From: Pseudomonadota bacterium
Lineage (GTDB): Bacteria; UBA10199; 2-02-FULL-44-16; JAAZCA01
Direction: 5' to 3'
Assembly (NCBI GenBank): GCA_043822785.1
Contig: JBDRBN010000012.1
Span: 1-12,780, forward strand
DNA length: 12,780 nt
The position numbers were made by a program, and so were the translations under genes. The notes below the pieces were generated by a model, which was given only the letters and a program-made list of their open reading frames with translations, was not told the origin of the DNA and did not search any database. Of this stretch, positions 8,100-12,780 are shown piece by piece (the stretch's first letter is position 1; each line of letters begins with the position of its first letter).

Positions 8100-9413
8100 T
8101 CAGTTAATAAACTTAAGCGCGCGCGATGCAGCAGATCTCACACTCTTATTCGGATCATTGTCACGCACATGAGTCAAAGTTGCCACTGCCGCATATGCAT
8201 CATTATCACCAAGCACATCAGCTGCAACTGCTCTTACACTTGGATCTGGATCATTCTCCAGTACAAAAATTAGCGCTGTATCCGCTTTCCTTAAACTCGA
8301 CCGCCCCAGCCCCCTGACCGCAGCTAGCCGTCTATCCAAGCGCTGATTGTTACCGAATAGCGTATCGAGCAGGATTCGTATGGACTTATCCGTATCTAAA
8401 TCACCCAGCTCCTCTGCTGCAGTATCTCGCACCATTTCGCTCGGATCATTGAGCATAGCATAAGCCAAAGGTGCCACTGACCATTCTGATTTCATCTCCC
8501 CAAGGGCATGAGCTGCTTCTAATCTTACGCGAAGATCAGGGTCATTTTTCACAACTTTAGCCAGCGCTGCTGTCACCTCATCTGCACAAAAGCCCACAAC
8601 CAAAGAATGCCAAGAAGCCGCTGTGGTGCAAACGGAATTCAGATAAGGGGCATACTGAAATGCTAGATTTCCATTCCACATAGGCCGGCCAATTTGCCCA
8701 AGCGCAAAAGCCGCTGCCTCGCGCACACGTGCGTCATCATCATCAAGGCTCTCGAGCAGCAGTGGTATGTGATCCATTGAACCTATATGTCCAAACACAT
8801 AAATGGCTTTGCAGCGTAAATCGCTATCCTCACTCTGTATGGCTCTTTTCAATCCTGGTACTGCATCTTCTTTCACCTTATCGCTTGGCATGATCCTAAG
8901 AGCAGAAGCAGCGGCCTTTTGAACAGCCAGATCAGGATCTCTTTCCAGCGCATAGGCCAATGCAGGCACTATCTCATTGTCTATAATCTTGCGCAAAGAT
9001 GGCAGCGCCTCTTCAGAACCCATCTCCCAACCTATCACTTCAAGCCTTTGTGCAGCAAAGGTGCGCGTTTCGCTAGCCGAATTCGTAAGCAGATCACGGA
9101 CTAAACCAGGCACAGCCCGCATTTTCCTATCCATCTCAAACGCAACTTTGCCCAAATTATTGAGCACGGAGTTGATATAATATGAACCATATTTGTTAGT
9201 GATCTTATCGAATTCCGCTTTTTCGATATAGCCATCCGAATAAGAGCTAGCTATTAAACTGGCTGCCCGCTCTGGCATATGCTCCAAGGGGCTCACATCC
9301 TCAAGGATTTCGATGTATTTGATATCCTGACCTGAGATACTTCCATTTCGTAGGAAGAGATCAATGATCGCATCTGCAACTTTTCTATCAGCTCTATCAA
9401 TAAAAAAGGGCAT
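8100..9413 (-). CDS. HEAT/PBS-lyase-like repeat protein with an uncharacterised N-terminal region
   Basis: Repeated D-x-D-x-x-VR-x-x-AA-x-ALG units (DDDDARVREAAAFALG, NDPDLRVRLEAAHALG, NDPSEMVRDTAAEELG, NDPDPSVRAVAADVLG). AGGAG (9425-9421) lies 7 nt from ATG 9413 but only 1 nt from ATG 9419, favouring 9413 as the start. Confidence 0.88.
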   Translation of the reverse strand: MPFFIDRADRKVADAIIDLFLRNGSISGQDIKYIEILEDVSPLEHMPERAASLIASSYSDGYIEKAEFDKITNKYGSYYINSVLNNLGKVAFEMDRKMRAVPGLVRDLLTNSASETRTFAAQRLEVIGWEMGSEEALPSLRKIIDNEIVPALAYALERDPDLAVQKAAASALRIMPSDKVKEDAVPGLKRAIQSEDSDLRCKAIYVFGHIGSMDHIPLLLESLDDDDARVREAAAFALGQIGRPMWNGNLAFQYAPYLNSVCTTAASWHSLVVGFCADEVTAALAKVVKNDPDLRVRLEAAHALGEMKSEWSVAPLAYAMLNDPSEMVRDTAAEELGDLDTDKSIRILLDTLFGNNQRLDRRLAAVRGLGRSSLRKADTALIFVLENDPDPSVRAVAADVLGDNDAYAAVATLTHVRDNDPNKSVRSAASRALKFIN

Positions 9414-9448
9414 AGTCATGCTCCTGACATGCCCCCCTTACACAATAC

Positions 9449-9475
9449 TTATCGTCAATTTTGGGATAATGTTGC
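9449..9475 (-). promoter_or_regulatory. Possible sigma28-like/alternative-sigma promoter for the HEAT gene
   Basis: The minus strand reads GCAAC-N14-GACGATAA. The octamer matches the FliA -10 consensus GCCGATAA at 7/8. There is no TAAA at the -35 position. Confidence 0.35.
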
Positions 9476-9511
9476 GTGAATAATTAGGTTGTTTTCTTCT
9501 GCCCTAAGTCA

Positions 9512-9540
9512 TTGACTTTGGGGACAAAGTTATATAGAGA
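9512..9540 (+). promoter_or_regulatory. Possible sigma70 promoter of the pyr operon
   Basis: TTGACT at 9512-9517 and AT-rich TATATAGAGA at 9531-9540. The -10 match and spacing are imperfect. Confidence 0.35.
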
Positions 9541-9541
9541 A

Positions 9542-9602
9542 GGTCCCCACATTGAGAGGCCGAAAACAGGGCCTCCCGGCCGATCACGCGGGAGGTCTTT
9601 TT
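9542..9602 (+). promoter_or_regulatory. Putative PyrR-dependent attenuator leader
   Basis: GGTCC...GAGAGGC resembles the PyrR-binding loop. GAGGCC (9556-9561) / GGCCTC (9570-9575) overlaps the left arm of the terminator. The leader lies directly upstream of pyrR. Confidence 0.6.
9570..9602 (+). terminator. Intrinsic terminator hairpin in the pyrR leader
   Basis: CCTCCCG (9572-9578) / CGGGAGG (9589-9595), extendable by G.U and G-C pairs, followed by TTTTT (9598-9602). Confidence 0.72.
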
Positions 9603-9617
9603 GCAAGGAGACCCAAG

Positions 9618-10157
9618 ATGCCTCAGTCAAAAGCAAAGCCTCTTTTGACAGAAAAAGAGATGGAGCGAGAACTCGTCAGGCTAGCCCGCGAGGTCATAAC
9701 TGATGGCACTGAAAATGTTGCATTAGTCGGCATTAGGAGCCGCGGAGTGCCACTAGCCGAGTGGCTTACTGAAAAGATAAATGCCTTACAAAACAAACCA
9801 GTAGAGCTCGGAAGCCTTGATATCAACCTCTATCGCGACGATCTGTCTGAGGTGAGCGAGCAACCAGTGGTAAGACCAACTGAAATTCCATTTTCCATCA
9901 CCGGAAAGGGCATAATTCTTGTAGATGATGTGCTCTATACCGGCCGTACAATCAGAGCAGCCATGGATGCGCTTATCGACTATGGCAGGCCACGCTTTAT
10001 TAGGCTCTTGGTCATGGTCGATCGGGGCTGGCGCGAGCTGCCCATTCAGGCTGATTATGTAGGAAAGCGCGTTAAGACGACCTCGACTCAAAACGTAAAG
10101 GTAATGCTCAAAGATACAGACGGCGAGAACAAAGTAGTCATTAACAGGATGGACTGA
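9618..10157 (+). CDS. pyrR: Bifunctional pyr operon regulator / uracil phosphoribosyltransferase PyrR
   Basis: VGIRSRGVPLA, LDINLYRDDL, PRPP motif LVDDVLYTGRT, DRGWRELPIQADYVGK. ATG 9618 follows AAGGAG (9605-9610). Confidence 0.97.
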   Translation: MPQSKAKPLLTEKEMERELVRLAREVITDGTENVALVGIRSRGVPLAEWLTEKINALQNKPVELGSLDINLYRDDLSEVSEQPVVRPTEIPFSITGKGIILVDDVLYTGRTIRAAMDALIDYGRPRFIRLLVMVDRGWRELPIQADYVGKRVKTTSTQNVKVMLKDTDGENKVVINRMD

Positions 10158-10160
10158 TCA

Positions 10161-11096
10161 ATGCGCCTGTCTTCAAGACATTTGATCTCAATAAACGATC
10201 TTACGAAAAAGGATGTTCTGACGATTTTGCAAACAGCATCCTCATTCAGAGAGATCTCTGAGCGGCCCATAAAGAAAGTGCCCACGTTAAGAGGTAGAAC
10301 CGTCATAAATTGTTTTTTTGAAGATTCCACACGCACCAGGCTTTCGTTCGAACTAGCTGAAAAACGTTTATCCGCAGATAGCTCTAACATCTCTAAGTCT
10401 GGCAGTGCCATGGCTAACAAGGGCGAAACCCTTCTTGATACAGTCAAAAATATAGAAGCTATGCGCCCTGACATATTGGTCATTCGTCATAGCCTCTCGG
10501 GCTCACCTGCACAGGTTGCAACTGCTACGCGCGCACATGTGATAAACGCAGGTGACGGAATGCACGAGCATCCAACACAGGCGCTTTTAGATCTCATGAC
10601 CATCGATGAGATCAAAGGTCGCATGAAAGGGCTTAAGGTGGGCATTGCAGGCGACATACTTCACTCGCGCGTGGCCCGCTCAGACATGCTCTTGTTTAAG
10701 AAGATGGGCATGGACGTCACAGTTGGCGGTCCGCCAACACTTGTGCCTCATGAATTAGAAGAGGTGTATGGCGTTAGAGTATGCCATAACATACGCGATG
10801 TCATTTCCGAGCTCGATGTGCTCATGCTGCTAAGAGTGCAGCGCGAAAGAATGGGCGAGCAGTTCTTTCCCAGCACGCGCGAATATGCCATTCACTTTGG
10901 AATTACAAAAGATACCCTTAAAGGCGCTAAAGATGATTTGGTAATTATGCATCCAGGGCCTGTAAACCGCGGTGTAGAATTAGCAGCAGATCTTGCTGAT
11001 GGAGAGCGCTCTATAATTTTAGACCAGGTTACAAATGGAGTTGCAGTGAGAATGGCGGTTCTTTATCTGCTCATAGGCGACAGCTCAAGTGAATAA
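10161..11096 (+). CDS. pyrB: Aspartate carbamoyltransferase catalytic subunit
   Basis: FFEDSTRTRLSFE, KGETLLDT, INAGDGMHEHPTQALLD, MHPGPVNRG. Confidence 0.98.
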   Translation: MRLSSRHLISINDLTKKDVLTILQTASSFREISERPIKKVPTLRGRTVINCFFEDSTRTRLSFELAEKRLSADSSNISKSGSAMANKGETLLDTVKNIEAMRPDILVIRHSLSGSPAQVATATRAHVINAGDGMHEHPTQALLDLMTIDEIKGRMKGLKVGIAGDILHSRVARSDMLLFKKMGMDVTVGGPPTLVPHELEEVYGVRVCHNIRDVISELDVLMLLRVQRERMGEQFFPSTREYAIHFGITKDTLKGAKDDLVIMHPGPVNRGVELAADLADGERSIILDQVTNGVAVRMAVLYLLIGDSSSE

Positions 11097-11104
11097 CTTA
11101 AGTG

Positions 11105-11214
11105 TGTCATCGCGAGCCCCGAAGGGGCGTGGCGATCTCCTGAAGTTGAGGAGGGGGTCCCTCGACTTCGCTCGGGATGACCTTTCAGGTCACTTCGTTT
11201 CACTCGCAATGACA
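11105..11214. repeat. Palindromic element copy 3, divergent/chimeric
   Basis: TGTCATCGCGAG (11105-11116) / CTCGCAATGACA (11203-11214), one mismatch. Side hairpin GCCCC-GAA-GGGGC. An additional internal arm CTCGGGATGAC at 11171-11181. Confidence 0.82.
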
Positions 11215-11233
11215 AAAACGGAGATAATCTAGG

Positions 11234-12514
11234 ATGTCATCTTTATTTATAACAAACGGTCGAGTTATCGATCCCGCTTCCAAAAAAGACGCAAAGCTAA
11301 ACGTCTTAATTAAAGACGGAAAGATAGCTGACGTAACGTCTAGTAAAAACGTTTGTGAAGATGCACAAATCATCGACGTCAAGGATTGTATAGTGGCACC
11401 AGGCTTTATTGATATGCACGTGCATTTGCGGGACCCAGGCCAAGAATACAAAGAAGATATCAAGACCGGAACGGCAGCAGCAGCAGCAGGGGGCTTTACC
11501 AGCATATGCTGTATGCCCAACACAGATCCAGTCAATGATTGCGCTTCTGTTACCGATTATATTTTAGATAGGGCTTCAAAAACAGGATCAACAAACGTCT
11601 TTCCAGTGGGCGCCATAACCAGGGGGCTTAAGGGCCAGGCCCTTGCCGACATAGGCGACATGGCAAAAGCCGGAGTCTGCGCTATATCAGATGATGGAAA
11701 ATCTGTGGCAAACGCCAGCGTCCTTCGCCGCGCAATGGAATATGCAATTGCATTTGGCCTTCCTGTTATCTCTCACTGCGAAGATCCAGCTCTTTCTGCT
11801 AACGGCATGATGAATGAAGGAAACGTATCGTTAGAGCTAGGCCTTGCAGGAATTCCAGCAGCAGCTGAAGAGTCTATGGTAGCGCGCGATATTCTTTTAG
11901 CAGAGCTCACAGGCGCCCCCTTACACATCGCACATGTAAGCACTGAAGGATCAGTGAGAATAATTCAAGAAGCAAAGGGCAGGGGAGTCAAGGTAACAGC
12001 TGAAGTTACGCCTCATCACCTAACGCTCACCGAAGACGCGGTCGTGGATTATGATCCAAATACAAAGGTAAATCCGCCGCTGCGCACAGACGGCGACAAG
12101 CGCGCGCTCATCAAAGCGCTGGCTGATGGAACCATCGATGCGATCGCAACAGATCATGCGCCGCACAATATCATCGATAAAGAAGCTGGCTTTGAAGAAG
12201 CGTGCTTTGGCCTCATCGGTCTTGAAACCATGCTTCCGCTCATGCTCGCACTGGTAAACGAGAGAAAGCTGACGCTTAAGAGATTGATCGAAGCGCTCAC
12301 GAGTGCGCCTGCAAAAATTTTGAGCCTCAAAGGCAAAGGAACTCTGGCAAAGGGTGCAGACGCAGATATTACAATTTTTGATACCACCAGCTCCTGGACG
12401 ATCCAGTCATCACGCTTTGCTTCCAAATCCAGGAATACGCCGTTTGATGGTCTAAGGGTGGTTGGCAAACCACGGTATACCATTGTTGGAGGGAAGGTAG
12501 TGTATTCAGGTTAA
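11234..12514 (+). CDS. pyrC: Dihydroorotase
   Basis: PGFIDMHVHLRDPG, CMPNTDP, HIAHVS, EVTPHHL, KVNPPLR, IATDHAPH. Metal ligands appear intact. Confidence 0.97.
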   Translation: MSSLFITNGRVIDPASKKDAKLNVLIKDGKIADVTSSKNVCEDAQIIDVKDCIVAPGFIDMHVHLRDPGQEYKEDIKTGTAAAAAGGFTSICCMPNTDPVNDCASVTDYILDRASKTGSTNVFPVGAITRGLKGQALADIGDMAKAGVCAISDDGKSVANASVLRRAMEYAIAFGLPVISHCEDPALSANGMMNEGNVSLELGLAGIPAAAEESMVARDILLAELTGAPLHIAHVSTEGSVRIIQEAKGRGVKVTAEVTPHHLTLTEDAVVDYDPNTKVNPPLRTDGDKRALIKALADGTIDAIATDHAPHNIIDKEAGFEEACFGLIGLETMLPLMLALVNERKLTLKRLIEALTSAPAKILSLKGKGTLAKGADADITIFDTTSSWTIQSSRFASKSRNTPFDGLRVVGKPRYTIVGGKVVYSG

Positions 12515-12527
12515 GTGCTGGATCTAG

Positions 12528-12639
12528 AAATCCTAAATCCTAAGCACTAAATACTAAACAAATTCAAAATACAAAATTCAAATGTTCTAAACAAAAACTT
12601 TCACCACTCGGTTGTTTTGAATTTTGGATTTAGAATTTT
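12528..12639. repeat. AT-rich 7-bp-period array (AAATHCW)n with a shorter inverted partner
   Basis: aaatcct aaatcct aagcact aaatact aaac aaattca aaataca aaattca (12528-12580). The reverse complement of 12616-12638 matches 12560-12582 at 21/23. Confidence 0.82.
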
Positions 12640-12676
12640 CACTGCTGTCGCGTTAGAACTGCTTGTTTTTTATGGA

Positions 12677-12762
12677 TGTCATTGCGAGCAAAGCGAAGCA
12701 ATCCCCTTATAACCTCTGTTTGCGGGAGATTGCTTCGTCGCTAAACGCTCCTCGCAATGACA
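12677..12762. repeat. Palindromic REP/MITE-like element, copy 4
   Basis: TGTCATTGCGAG (12677-12688) / CTCGCAATGACA (12751-12762). Inner IR CGAAGCAATC (12694-12703) / GATTGCTTCG (12728-12737). Confidence 0.92.
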
Positions 12763-12769
12763 CCTAGAC

Positions 12770-12780
12770 ATGAGAAAAAT
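12770..12780 (+). CDS. Possible start of the next gene (MRK...), perhaps carbamoyl-phosphate synthase small subunit by synteny
   Basis: Only ATG AGA AAA AT is visible and there is no clear RBS. carA often follows pyrC in such operons. Confidence 0.2.

Noticed and set aside
9416..9430. Tiny minus-strand uORF MSGA* overlapping the HEAT gene start region
   Set aside because: The G-rich tract is only 1 nt from its ATG, and a 4-codon ORF is expected by chance.
9552..9617. ORF-track TTG start extending PyrR by 22 aa
   Set aside because: It runs through the terminator hairpin. ATG 9618 has AAGGAG at normal spacing.
11474..11489. (GCA)n run in pyrC
   Set aside because: It encodes the conserved AAAAGG segment of dihydroorotases and is not an independent repeat.
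1795..12483. Other antisense or alternate-frame ORFs (e.g. 1795-2271, 5662-6231, 7884-8273, 10088-10483, 12154-12483)
   Set aside because: They overlap well-supported genes and show no recognisable motifs, consistent with shadow ORFs.
1303..12762. CRISPR array interpretation of conserved arms around unique loops
   Set aside because: Copies are dispersed kilobases apart, the arms are inverted rather than direct, and no cas genes are present.
1..12780. Autonomous IS, transposase, integrase, tRNA or rRNA
   Set aside because: No such ORF or RNA gene is recognisable. The branched palindromes lack tRNA T-loop/D-loop motifs.

Overview
Bacterial housekeeping region. The gene order suggests a deltaproteobacterial-type organism (inference only). 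On the + strand: a 5'-truncated M16 peptidase (HXXEH) with its non-catalytic M16 partner, argS, a SPOR/FtsN-like membrane protein, lepA, lepB, then pyrR-pyrB-pyrC and possibly the first codons of the next gene. A HEAT-repeat gene on the - strand sits between lepB and pyrR. The unusual part is non-coding. All six sizeable gaps downstream of + strand genes contain structured repeats. These are (i) four copies of an ~82-110 bp TGTCATYGCGAG...CTCGCAATGACA palindromic REP/MITE-like element, (ii) three sequence-unrelated families of 7-bp-period arrays, some in inverted pairs, that carry stop codons in all frames and supply the stops of two genes, and (iii) a 9-bp-period inverted array with a palindrome nested inside it. 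No transposase or nuclease is encoded in the window. A probable PyrR attenuator with a non-canonical binding loop precedes pyrR.
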